From assembly GCA_001798855.1 (NCBI GenBank), contig MGQQ01000144.1, positions 6,711 through 70,710 of the forward strand: a stretch of 64,000 nucleotides of DNA, written 5' to 3'. Below the pieces are notes generated by a model that searched no databases, was not told the DNA's origin, and was given only the letters and a program-made list of their open reading frames with translations. The stretch's first letter is position 1. Each line of letters starts with the position of its first letter. The stretch comes from Deltaproteobacteria bacterium RBG_16_49_23 (GTDB lineage: Bacteria; Desulfobacterota; BSN033; UBA1163). Positions 54,627 to 63,190 of the stretch are shown here, piece after piece. A program made the position numbers and the translations under genes.

Positions 54627-55814
54627 TTATTTCCCTTTCATCAAGGCTCCCATGGCAGCCTCTTTCGGATAGACAACCACCTGCTTCTGATCCTGCCACT
54701 GGACGACGAGCATGGGCGGCATCCACTGATGATATTCATAGGTCCCTTGCTTCAGCCCAAACTTGACGACCCCGGTGGTCACCTCGAGGCTGGTCTTCTC
54801 AAGGGCATTGACCAGGGCTTCATTCTCGGTGGACTTAGCTCTTGCGATGGCATCCACAGCGATCAGCACCACATTGTAGATGGAGCGGGTTTTATAGTCT
54901 GTAGGATCTTTCCCAAACTTCTTCTTATAGTCCTCCCAGAACTTTCGGCTCGTGGGTGTCAGATGAACCTTCTCATGCATGCTCGACATGAAAAGCTCCA
55001 TCTCTCCGGCCTTGCCCACATTCTTCCAGAAGGTATCCCAGAGGCTCGGTGGGCCAGCGCCATCCAAGATGAGGGATTTGGGACTGAGGCCGACTTCATT
55101 GGCCTGGGACACAAAGAAATGAAGTCCTGTTCCATAGATATAAGCAAGGACGATGTCCGGATTCTCTCCCTTGATCTTGGTCAATTCGGTGTAGAAATCC
55201 TTGCTCTCCCGTTCTACCTTCAGGGTGACGAAGGGGATGCCAAGATTTTTCATATTGGTCTCGGTCCGTTCAGCAATTCCAACCCCCCAGTCTGAATTTT
55301 CTCTTACGATGGCCACTTTCTTAAATCCATTGTCTTTCACGAAGGGAGCGATGTAGAAGTCAACTACTCCGCTGTTGACCGGACCTGCACGAAAGACCCA
55401 TCTGTAATTTTTCTTTGTGATGTCATCATGCCAGGCCTCACATATGATCAGGGGAACTTTGTAACGATTGGCCACCTCAATCTCTGCCAGGGCTGAGGAG
55501 GAATGGCTCTCCCCCACTACGATGGGAACCTTATCGCGAGTGGCCAATTTTTCAAAGGCTGAGGCCGCCTTCTCAGGCACTCCACCGGTATCTTCAAAGA
55601 TCACTTCTACCTTCTTTCCCAGGACACCTCCCCTGGCGTTGATATGGTCCAAGGCAATGGCAATCCCCTCTTCAAAAGCCTTTCCAGTTGCTGCCGCCGG
55701 ACCTGTTCTGGGTCCAACGACACCGATCTTAATCGTATCTTGAGCCCAGGCCCACGATCCTATTAAAAAAAACATCATCAACGTCGCCAAAAAAACCGTT
55801 CTTTTCATCTCCAA
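54627..55814 (-). CDS. periplasmic substrate-binding protein (LivK/type 1 PBP family)
   Basis: Signal peptide, then IKIGVVGPRTGPAAATGKAFEEGIAIALDHINARGGVLGKKVEV. Confidence 0.85.
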   Translation of the reverse strand: MEMKRTVFLATLMMFFLIGSWAWAQDTIKIGVVGPRTGPAAATGKAFEEGIAIALDHINARGGVLGKKVEVIFEDTGGVPEKAASAFEKLATRDKVPIVVGESHSSSALAEIEVANRYKVPLIICEAWHDDITKKNYRWVFRAGPVNSGVVDFYIAPFVKDNGFKKVAIVRENSDWGVGIAERTETNMKNLGIPFVTLKVERESKDFYTELTKIKGENPDIVLAYIYGTGLHFFVSQANEVGLSPKSLILDGAGPPSLWDTFWKNVGKAGEMELFMSSMHEKVHLTPTSRKFWEDYKKKFGKDPTDYKTRSIYNVVLIAVDAIARAKSTENEALVNALEKTSLEVTTGVVKFGLKQGTYEYHQWMPPMLVVQWQDQKQVVVYPKEAAMGALMKGK

Positions 55815-55955
55815 TCCTCCTTTTAAAGAAAAATTTTAAACTACAAGCTGTAACTTCCAAATTTATAATTGATTTTTCCTCCTCACCTCCTTCGTGTGTA
55901 GTCATTGCAAGCGAAGCCCTGAACTAAGTTTCAGTTTCAAAATTAGAGATTTCAT

Positions 55956-57296
55956 CTATGACCTCATCCCCAATTTATTAAAGGTCTTCTTTAGTATTTC
56001 GATGATCTCATCGATCTGGTTCTCTTCTATGATCAGCGGCGGGCCTACCATCACCATGTCGCCATTTACTCCATCGACAAAACCAGTGCCGGGGTAGAGG
56101 ACGAGACCGTTCTCAAAGGCAGAATCGATCACTCTCTCCGTGAATCTTTCCGTTCTCGGAAAGGGCTCCTTTGTCTTCTGGTCTTTAACAAATTCGACAG
56201 CCGCCATCAGCCCTTTTCCCCTCACATCGCCCACAAAAGGGAAGGCCTTCAACTCTCCCAACCTCTTTAAGAGGTAATCGCCGTTCTTGTGACATTGCTC
56301 GATGAGTCTTTTTTCCTCGATGAACCGGAGCACAGCCAGGCCCACTGCGCATCCGACCGGATGGTGAGAAAAGGTGTGGCCATGAACAAACCCTCCTGCC
56401 CTCTCCTTCAATCGCTCTATGAATTCACTTCGCGTGATCATTGCTGAGAGAGGAAAATAGCCTCCGCTCATCCCCTTTCCCAGTACCATGATATCAGGAA
56501 TAATGTTCCAATGCTCAACAGCAAACCATCTCCCTGTCCTGCCCATCCCGGTCATCACTTCATCATCGATCAGGAGGATTCCAAAACGATCGCATATCTC
56601 CCTGATCATTGAGAGATACCCATCCTGAGGGACGAGGGCTCCGATGGTTGCGCCTCCGATGGGTTCAAGGATGACCGCTGAGATTGTCTCCGGCCCCTCC
56701 ATCCGGATCACATGCTCGAGGGTCTTTGCACATTCGAGTTCACACCGGGGATAGGAGAGGTTGAAGGGGCACCGATAACAGTAGGGCGGCGGGAAATGGG
56801 GGAAATCGATCAGAAGAGGAAGATAGGGCTTTCTCATTCCGATGCGGCCGGTAAGGGAGAGGGCTCCGAGGGTGTTTCCATGATAACTGTGCCACCGGGC
56901 AATGACACGCCATCTCTGAACATGACCCGATTCTAAAAAATACTGTCTTGCAAATTTGATGGCTGCTTCGATCGACTCAGAACCCCCTGAGAGAAAGTAG
57001 ATCTTCTCCAGTCCCTCCGGAAGGATCTTTCCGAGCGCCTCAGCATACTCCTCAATCGAACCTGTGGTGAATTGGGTTCCATGGACATAACCCACCTGGC
57101 CCATTTGCTCCATCATCCTCTGGAGAATCTCTTTCTGGCCGTGTCCGATATTGACGACCAGTGCGCCACCGGAGCCATCAATATATCGCTTCCCCTTCTC
57201 ATCATAGAGATAGATTCCATCTCCCCGGGTGGCCAGAGGATAGACCCGTCCCAATTTCCGATAAAAAACATGTCCCTTGGGGTAGGCGTACTCCAT
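55956..57296 (-). CDS. class III (omega/beta-amino acid) aminotransferase
   Basis: YLYDEKGKRYIDGSGGALVVNIGHG, LIDDEVMTGMGRTG and VLGKGMSGGY (PLP lysine). Confidence 0.85.
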   Translation of the reverse strand: MEYAYPKGHVFYRKLGRVYPLATRGDGIYLYDEKGKRYIDGSGGALVVNIGHGQKEILQRMMEQMGQVGYVHGTQFTTGSIEEYAEALGKILPEGLEKIYFLSGGSESIEAAIKFARQYFLESGHVQRWRVIARWHSYHGNTLGALSLTGRIGMRKPYLPLLIDFPHFPPPYCYRCPFNLSYPRCELECAKTLEHVIRMEGPETISAVILEPIGGATIGALVPQDGYLSMIREICDRFGILLIDDEVMTGMGRTGRWFAVEHWNIIPDIMVLGKGMSGGYFPLSAMITRSEFIERLKERAGGFVHGHTFSHHPVGCAVGLAVLRFIEEKRLIEQCHKNGDYLLKRLGELKAFPFVGDVRGKGLMAAVEFVKDQKTKEPFPRTERFTERVIDSAFENGLVLYPGTGFVDGVNGDMVMVGPPLIIEENQIDEIIEILKKTFNKLGMRS

Positions 57297-57305
57297 TTAA
57301 AAACC

Positions 57306-57370
57306 TCAATGGTCAATTCTCAATGGCCAATGAGCAATGATCATTGACTTTTGACCATTCAATTGATCGA
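57306..57370. repeat. CAATGATCA/ATTGG-rich intergenic repeat (family E)
   Basis: TCAATGGTCAATTCTCAATGGCCAATGAGCAATGATCATTGACTTTTGACCATTCAATTGATC. Confidence 0.55.
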
Positions 57371-57456
57371 GTAATGATTACTTTTTTAACTTTTCTCTAC
57401 TTTCTTTTCAAGAAAAATTTAGGAGGGGCAGAATAAGTTGAAGAAAAAGGAAATTC

Positions 57457-57486
57457 TTGTCGAATCAATCGTCAGGATTGTCGAAT
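57457..57486 (+). promoter_or_regulatory. direct repeat TTGTCGAAT x2 (21-bp phasing), candidate enhancer (UAS) for the sigma54 activator
   Basis: Copies at 57457-57465 and 57478-57486, about 150-175 bp upstream of the sigma54 promoter. Confidence 0.3.
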
Positions 57487-57630
57487 GAGAGGTGTGATCA
57501 ATCCGTATTTGACCTGTTGTGAGGCAGGCGTGACCCCGCGTTTGAAAACTTTTACATTTCTCTAACCTCTTATAATTTCTCAAAAAAATGAAGCGATGGG
57601 AGATTAAAAATTTAAAAGATCTGAATGAAT

Positions 57631-57646
57631 TGGCACGGTCGTTGCA
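57631..57646 (+). promoter_or_regulatory. sigma54 (-24/-12) promoter
   Basis: TGGCAC-GGTCG-TTGCA matches the consensus TGGCAC-N5-TTGCA. It lies 41 nt upstream of the ATG at 57687, and a sigma54 activator is encoded 3 kb downstream. Confidence 0.8.
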
Positions 57647-57686
57647 GATAAGAAAATAAAAATTCAAACGAAAGGAGGTGAATCGA

Positions 57687-58193
57687 ATGAAAAAATCAAT
57701 GATCATACTGGGTCTGGTGTCCATCATGGTTTTAGGCGCTCTTTATGCTTATGCTTTTGGCCCTGGTTATGGCCCTCGCGGGAAAGGCGGTCAAGGCGGT
57801 CTTTGCTGGGAATCTTCCGAAACCGGCAAAGCATCTGCTTTAACACCTGAACAGAAGACGAAGTTTCAGGAATTGCGCCAGGAGTTTGTTGATGAGACGG
57901 CAAAGCTCAGAGAAACTCTTCTGACCAAGAAACTGGAACTCCAATCTCTCTGGACCAATCCAAAGGCCGAGGCCAAGGCCATTGTTGATAAAGAGAAAGA
58001 GTTAAGAGATCTCCAAAACCAGATGAGGGATAAGGGCTTGCAGTTTAAATTGGAAGCCCGGCAATTCCTCACGCCTGAGCAGATCGCCGAGTTCGGACCG
58101 GGATGCGGAATGGGTCCTGGTTTCGGCCGGGGGCAGATGAGAGGCCGTGGAATGGGTCGTGGAATGGGCCTTGGAAAGGGACCGTGTATTTAA
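57687..58193 (+). CDS. periplasmic Spy/CpxP/ZraP-family protein with Gly/Met/Arg-rich tails
   Basis: AAGGAGGTG Shine-Dalgarno sequence, signal peptide, two LTPEQ (LTxxQ) motifs, and the C-terminal tail GPGFGRGQMRGRGMGRGMGLGKG. Confidence 0.75.
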   Translation: MKKSMIILGLVSIMVLGALYAYAFGPGYGPRGKGGQGGLCWESSETGKASALTPEQKTKFQELRQEFVDETAKLRETLLTKKLELQSLWTNPKAEAKAIVDKEKELRDLQNQMRDKGLQFKLEARQFLTPEQIAEFGPGCGMGPGFGRGQMRGRGMGRGMGLGKGPCI

Positions 58194-58215
58194 TCATTGC
58201 CACAGGTTAGGTTCA

Positions 58216-58251
58216 AAAAGGGGAAGGCCCATGCCTTCCCCTTTTATTTTT
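58216..58251 (+). terminator. rho-independent terminator
   Basis: Perfect 13-bp stem AAAAGGGGAAGGC-CCAT-GCCTTCCCCTTTT followed by ATTTTT. Confidence 0.8.
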
Positions 58252-58332
58252 GACCCATTCGGCGGAGCCCTGAGTTACATATTTACCAACGAGTTTAGCA
58301 TTAGTTACTGAGGGGTTAGTAGTGTGAGAGGT

Positions 58333-58361
58333 TTGACATTTTAAATCCGTTCCGATATGTT
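58333..58361 (+). promoter_or_regulatory. sigma70-like promoter
   Basis: TTGACA-17 nt-TATGTT, 37 nt upstream of the ATG at 58398. Confidence 0.45.
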
Positions 58362-58397
58362 TAAAATAGAATCGGGACCAGGAAGGACCATCAAAGC

Positions 58398-58880
58398 ATG
58401 AAATTAAAAATAACCGTCTTCTCACTCATTCTCATCTTCCTGCTCCCAATCTCATCCTTTTCTCAATCGAAAGGAATGAAACCGTGGAGGAAAGATGCCC
58501 GGTGCTGGAGGGCATCGGAACTCCATCTCTCTCCGGAACAGGGAAATCGTCTCAACCTCCTTGAGCAGGCCTATTTCGAGGAGACACAACTCCTCCGGGC
58601 TCAACTCGTCACCAAACGAATCGAACTGCGTGAACTTCTCGTTAATCCCGCCATCAAAACAGAATCCATCCGGAGCAAATATCTCGAGTTGGTTGAAACT
58701 CAATCCAAATTGGAGGAGAAGGCCATTGAATACATGGTGAAGATCCGGAGTTTACTCACACACCAACAGCTCAAATCCTGGTGCCCTGAGCAGGAGCTTC
58801 CCCTTTTTCAGCGAATGATGCCCGGTCACAGTCCCATGGGACCCATGAACCCCAGGAGAGCCTTGCCCCCGGAAGAATAG
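58398..58880 (+). CDS. periplasmic Spy/CpxP-family protein, second paralog
   Basis: Signal peptide plus LSPEQ and LTHQQ motifs in predicted helical repeats. Confidence 0.65.
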   Translation: MKLKITVFSLILIFLLPISSFSQSKGMKPWRKDARCWRASELHLSPEQGNRLNLLEQAYFEETQLLRAQLVTKRIELRELLVNPAIKTESIRSKYLELVETQSKLEEKAIEYMVKIRSLLTHQQLKSWCPEQELPLFQRMMPGHSPMGPMNPRRALPPEE

Positions 58881-58893
58881 AAAGGGATGCGGA

Positions 58894-60618
58894 TTGTTCG
58901 GAAATAGTAATAGTAAGAGAATAAGTAGAAGTTTCTCCCCCATCTACCTTGCGATTTTCTCCGGAATCATTCTCATCATTTTGATCATCAACGGGCTTTT
59001 AGAAATCAACCGGACTCAAAAAGGATTCTATCTCCTGCTTGAACGGGAAGCGACCGTTCTCATCCAACACTTCGAAAAGAATATTCAGGAGACCCTCGCC
59101 TCCCTTCAATCCTCCCAGCACTTCTTCGGCATGGAAGAATCGATTGCCGAATATCTTCTCGAAGTCCTCCACAGAGTGGATCAAATGGATAAAGAAAAAA
59201 CGCTAAGCCCCTCCGACCTCCAGTCACTCATCAATCAATATTCCATCGCCTCGATCGAGATCTACGATTTGAGGGGAAATCTGCTTCGCGCCTGGCCCAC
59301 TCCCTCTTCCATGAAGAGCCGTTCCTTTCTGCGGGATATCATCGAGAAGAGACATTCTGTCGCTATCGATCTTTTCGGAAGGCCTCTGGCCGAGGGAGAC
59401 CTCTTCGCCATCGCCATCGAAAGGAAGATCGCTCCGGGAATCATTCGACTCCAGCTCAGCGGAGGTCAGATGAAACGACTTCTCCGCCAACTCGCCCTTC
59501 AGAGGGCCATCTCCGATCTAGGCCTCAGGGAGGGGATCCTCTTTATCTCTGTTCAGGATGCGAATCTTCTCACCCTTGCCCATACGGATACCTCTCTCAT
59601 CGGAAAAAATGAAGAGGACCCCTTTCTGAAAACCGGACTTCAAAGCAAGAAGCCACTCTCACGCCTCTACCGCCCCGTAAAAGGGGAGGAAGTCTTTGAG
59701 GTCGTTAAGGCTTTCTCGATGAAGGATCAATTGGCAGGATTGATCCGGATCGGATACTCCTCCGGAGAAATCCATCCCCTTCTCAGCCAGATCAAAAAGA
59801 GCGTCGCCTTGTCGGTCTTCTTCTTCCTCATCCTGGGGGTCTCTGCCACCATCCTGATAGGGGTGAATCAGAACCGGCATCTCCAGAAGATGAAAGTGAT
59901 GGAGGACCGGATCCGGCTGGCGGAGAGACTCTCTTCCCTTGGCCACTTAGCCGCAGGCGTGGCCCATGAGATTCGCAACCCTCTCAATGCTATGGGCATG
60001 GGCCTCCAGAGGCTAAAGAGGGAATTTCTTCCACTAGAGGAATCGAAGAGGGAAGAGTACCTTTCCTTTACGGAGATCATTCTCAAAGAGGTCCGAAGGG
60101 TCAATGAGATCATCGAACAGTTTTTAACGCTCTCCCGTCCCTTTCAGCTCAGGCTGAGAGAGGGCTCCCCCGGAGAACTTCTTGAAAATCTGGTCGCCCT
60201 CTTTCGGGAGGAGGCAAACTCCCAGGGGATCACCCTCCGGCTGGATAGGGGACCCGGTCTTCCTCTTATCAGGATGGATGATGAGAAGTTGACACAGGCA
60301 TTTATCAATATTATGAAGAATGGTATCCAGGCCATGGAAAAAGGTGGAACCCTTCTGATCGAACCCCACTCCTTTAAGGACCGTGTGGAGGTGGTCTTTT
60401 CAGATTCAGGATCAGGCATTCCGGAAGACCAGATGGAAAAGATCTTCAATTATTACTACACGACAAAGGAGAAAGGGGTCGGATTGGGGCTTCCCATTGC
60501 TCACCGGATTATCGAAGCCCATGGGGGTCAATTGAGGGTGGAAAGCAAGGTGGGCGCGGGAACGATGGTGACAGTGAAGCTACCTCTAAATAGAAGAGAA
60601 GAAGGCAGCGATCAGTGA
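58894..60618 (+). CDS. membrane sensor histidine kinase (ZraS/AtoS-like)
   Basis: Two TM segments flank a periplasmic domain of about 250 aa. H-box AAGVAHEIRNPLNAM, and HATPase G-boxes DSGSGI and GVGLGLPIA. TTG start assumed. Confidence 0.85.
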   Translation: MFGNSNSKRISRSFSPIYLAIFSGIILIILIINGLLEINRTQKGFYLLLEREATVLIQHFEKNIQETLASLQSSQHFFGMEESIAEYLLEVLHRVDQMDKEKTLSPSDLQSLINQYSIASIEIYDLRGNLLRAWPTPSSMKSRSFLRDIIEKRHSVAIDLFGRPLAEGDLFAIAIERKIAPGIIRLQLSGGQMKRLLRQLALQRAISDLGLREGILFISVQDANLLTLAHTDTSLIGKNEEDPFLKTGLQSKKPLSRLYRPVKGEEVFEVVKAFSMKDQLAGLIRIGYSSGEIHPLLSQIKKSVALSVFFFLILGVSATILIGVNQNRHLQKMKVMEDRIRLAERLSSLGHLAAGVAHEIRNPLNAMGMGLQRLKREFLPLEESKREEYLSFTEIILKEVRRVNEIIEQFLTLSRPFQLRLREGSPGELLENLVALFREEANSQGITLRLDRGPGLPLIRMDDEKLTQAFINIMKNGIQAMEKGGTLLIEPHSFKDRVEVVFSDSGSGIPEDQMEKIFNYYYTTKEKGVGLGLPIAHRIIEAHGGQLRVESKVGAGTMVTVKLPLNRREEGSDQ

Positions 60619-60636
60619 TCAGTAAATAGAAAAAGA

Positions 60637-62004
60637 ATGGAAAAAGATAGAATTCTCATTGCTGAAGATGAAACAACCCAGAGGGACCTTCTTGAAGGAT
60701 TCTTAAAAAAAGAGGGCTTCTTAGTAGAGGCCGCGGCCAATGGCAAAGAGGCTATTGAGAAGATTGGGGCAGCTTTTTTCGACATCGCCTTCCTCGACTA
60801 TAAGATGCCTGAACTCGACGGCCTCCAGACCCTTCTTGAAATCAGAAAAAACTTCCCGGACCTTCCGGTGGTGATGATGACCGCTTACGGAACGGTTGAA
60901 ACGGCTGTGGCATCGATGAAAGCGGGCGCGCTCGACTACCTGACCAAACCGATCGATCTTGATGAACTCCTTCTCATCATCCAGAAAGTGCTGGAACGGT
61001 CCACCCTGATCAGGGAAAACAGGGATCTCAAGGCCCGGCTTCAGGAGCGATATGCCTTCCAGAATATTATTTATGGAAGTCTTGAAATGGAGGAGGTGAT
61101 GGGACTGATTGGAAGGGTGGCGCCCAGCCAGGCCACGGTCCTCATCAGGGGTGAGAGCGGAACAGGAAAGGAGTTGATCGCCGATGCGATCCACTATGCC
61201 GGCGCCCGTTCCGGAAAGCCTTTTGTCAAAGTGAATTGTGCCGCCATCCCTGAAACACTCCTCGAAAGTGAACTCTTCGGTCACGAGAGAGGAGCTTTCA
61301 CCGGAGCCATCCAGAAAAGAATCGGCCGGTTTGAAGAGGCTGACGGAGGCACCCTTTTTCTGGACGAGATCGGAGAACTCTCACCCTCCACCCAGGTCAA
61401 ACTTTTGCGAATATTGCAGGAGAAGGAATTCCAGAGACTGGGGTCGAACCTTACCCTCAAGACCGATGTGAGAGTGATCGCTGCCACCCATCGCAATCTC
61501 GAAGAGGCAATGCGGAAGGGGTTTTTCAGGGAAGACCTCTACTACCGGCTCAATGTGATCACTATTCACCTTCCGCCTTTAAGAGAAAGAAAGGAAGACA
61601 TTCCTCTCCTGATCGACCATTTTTTGAAGAAATATTCAGAGCTTAATCAAAAAAAGATTCAGGATCTCTCCAAGGAGGCGCGAACCCTCCTTCTCCGTTA
61701 TCCCTATCCTGGAAATGTGAGGGAGTTGGAGAACCTCATTGAGCGGGCGGTCGTCCTCTGCCGGGGGGAAATTATCAACACACAGGACCTCCCCTTCCAT
61801 CTGAAAGAGGAAAAGTCCGAAAGGCAATGGGAGGCTTCCGAAAAATCAAGGAGCCTTCCTGACTCTCTGGAGGAAATCGAGCGGGACCTTATCGTTAAAG
61901 CTCTCCATCAGCATCAGGGCGTCCAGACAAGAGCCGCTGAGAGCCTCGGCATCAGCGAAAGGGTCCTCCGATATAAGATCAAGAAGCACAGAATCCGACA
62001 ATAG
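60637..62004 (+). CDS. sigma54-dependent response regulator (NtrC/ZraR family)
   Basis: Receiver domain (FLDYKMPELDG), AAA+ domain with GESGTGKE, ESELFGHERGAFTGA (GAFTGA loop), and a C-terminal Fis-type HTH. Confidence 0.9.
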   Translation: MEKDRILIAEDETTQRDLLEGFLKKEGFLVEAAANGKEAIEKIGAAFFDIAFLDYKMPELDGLQTLLEIRKNFPDLPVVMMTAYGTVETAVASMKAGALDYLTKPIDLDELLLIIQKVLERSTLIRENRDLKARLQERYAFQNIIYGSLEMEEVMGLIGRVAPSQATVLIRGESGTGKELIADAIHYAGARSGKPFVKVNCAAIPETLLESELFGHERGAFTGAIQKRIGRFEEADGGTLFLDEIGELSPSTQVKLLRILQEKEFQRLGSNLTLKTDVRVIAATHRNLEEAMRKGFFREDLYYRLNVITIHLPPLRERKEDIPLLIDHFLKKYSELNQKKIQDLSKEARTLLLRYPYPGNVRELENLIERAVVLCRGEIINTQDLPFHLKEEKSERQWEASEKSRSLPDSLEEIERDLIVKALHQHQGVQTRAAESLGISERVLRYKIKKHRIRQ

Positions 62005-62090
62005 TTTTAAGTTTTAAGTTATGATTTAGACTCTCTCACAATAAATTCTGAGAATTTATCTCTAACATTTTAGAGACAACCTAAAAATAT

Positions 62091-62190
62091 CTCCCCTCCC
62101 CTAGCGGGAGGGGATGAAGGGGAGGGGAGACCAAAATAAGACCAACCTGTCCACCCCCACCCTCACCGTCCCCCGTCAAAAGGGGGAGGG
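62091..62190. repeat. GC-rich hairpin repeats
   Basis: CTCCCCTCCCCTAGCGGGAGGGGATGAAGGGGAGGGGAG and CCCCCGTCAAAAGGGGGAGGG. Confidence 0.65.
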
Positions 62191-62222
62191 AATTTGGGGA
62201 AATTTGAAATAGTTTTTTTCAG

Positions 62223-62262
62223 AATTGATGATTGAAAATTGCCCATTGATCATTGGTAATTG
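62223..62262. repeat. CAATGATCA/ATTGG-rich intergenic repeat (family E)
   Basis: AATTGATGATTGAAAATTGCCCATTGATCATTGGTAATTG. Confidence 0.5.
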
Positions 62263-62273
62263 AGGGGTTCATC

Positions 62274-62939
62274 ATGGCTTATTATCGTGTCCAGTTTGGA
62301 TATGGATTTCCGCCTGTCATCAAAAAACTGATGATCGTGATGGGAACTGTCTTTCTCCTTCAAATGGTGGTGAGCTACCGGATCAATTTATACCTGGGTC
62401 TCGTCCCGGTTCTGGTCTGGAAGAAATACTTTCTCTGGCAGCTCTTCACCTATATCTTCCTTCACGGAGGGATCACACATATCCTCTTCAATCTTCTGGC
62501 CCTCTGGATGTTCGGGGGGGAGCTGGAAAATTGCTGGGGGACGAGGAAGTTTTTATTTTACTTCTTCTTCTGTGGAATTGGCGCCGCCCTCTGCACGGTC
62601 CTCCTCACGCCCTATCAAATGATCCCTGTCATCGGAGCCTCTGGGGCCATCTATGGAATTCTGTTAGCCTTTGGCTGGCTCTTCCCCAACCGTCCCATCT
62701 ATATCTATTTTCTCTTCCCCATTCCCGCCAAATATATGGTCATCCTCTACGGCCTCATCGAACTCTTCTTTTCCAGGGAAGGGACAGGAGGAGGCATTGC
62801 CCATCTCACCCATCTCGGTGGTCTTTTCTTTGGACTCCTATACATGTCCTATCCATTCATCCGGCAGAAAATTCGCCGTGAATACTATAAGCGGAAGTGG
62901 TCTCAAAGAGGCCCGGATAATCGGGACTATTACCATTAA
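62274..62939 (+). CDS. rhomboid family intramembrane serine protease
   Basis: HGGITHILFNLLALWMFG, catalytic GASGAIYG, and HLTHLGG. Six TM segments. Confidence 0.85.
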   Translation: MAYYRVQFGYGFPPVIKKLMIVMGTVFLLQMVVSYRINLYLGLVPVLVWKKYFLWQLFTYIFLHGGITHILFNLLALWMFGGELENCWGTRKFLFYFFFCGIGAALCTVLLTPYQMIPVIGASGAIYGILLAFGWLFPNRPIYIYFLFPIPAKYMVILYGLIELFFSREGTGGGIAHLTHLGGLFFGLLYMSYPFIRQKIRREYYKRKWSQRGPDNRDYYH

Positions 62940-62958
62940 ATGGAATATTAGAATTTTT

Positions 62959-63166
62959 GTAACAGTTTAGTGCTTCGAAAAAACTGATCTAATCCCCCTT
63001 AATCCCCCTTTGTCAAAAGGGGGAAATGTTTTTCCTCCCTTTGGTCTCCGACCCAGAGCGGTCTCCGACCCGGAGGGCAAAGGGAGGTGGCCTGCCTGCG
63101 CGAAGCCGCTTCGGCGAAGGCAGGGGAGGGATTTTACAAAACGATTTCTAACAGCTAAAGTGTTAC
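62959..63166. mobile_element. MITE-like element, family C copy 3 (inverted orientation, 208 bp with nested insertions)
   Basis: GTAACAGTTTAGTGCTTCGAAA ... ATTTCTAACAGCTAAAGTGTTAC. It contains an extra duplicated GTCTCCGACCC(A/G)GAG and a GCCTGCCTGCGCGAAGCCGCTTCGGCGAAGGCAGG hairpin. Confidence 0.7.
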
Positions 63167-63190
63167 GAATTTTTTATTTTTGGCTCTGCT

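Noticed and set aside
4091-62190. Possible CRISPR array, because GC-rich palindromic repeats recur many times
   Set aside because: The copies are scattered singly or in twos in separate intergenic gaps. They differ in sequence and length, have no regular repeat-spacer periodicity, and no cas genes are present. They fit REP/MITE-like elements better.
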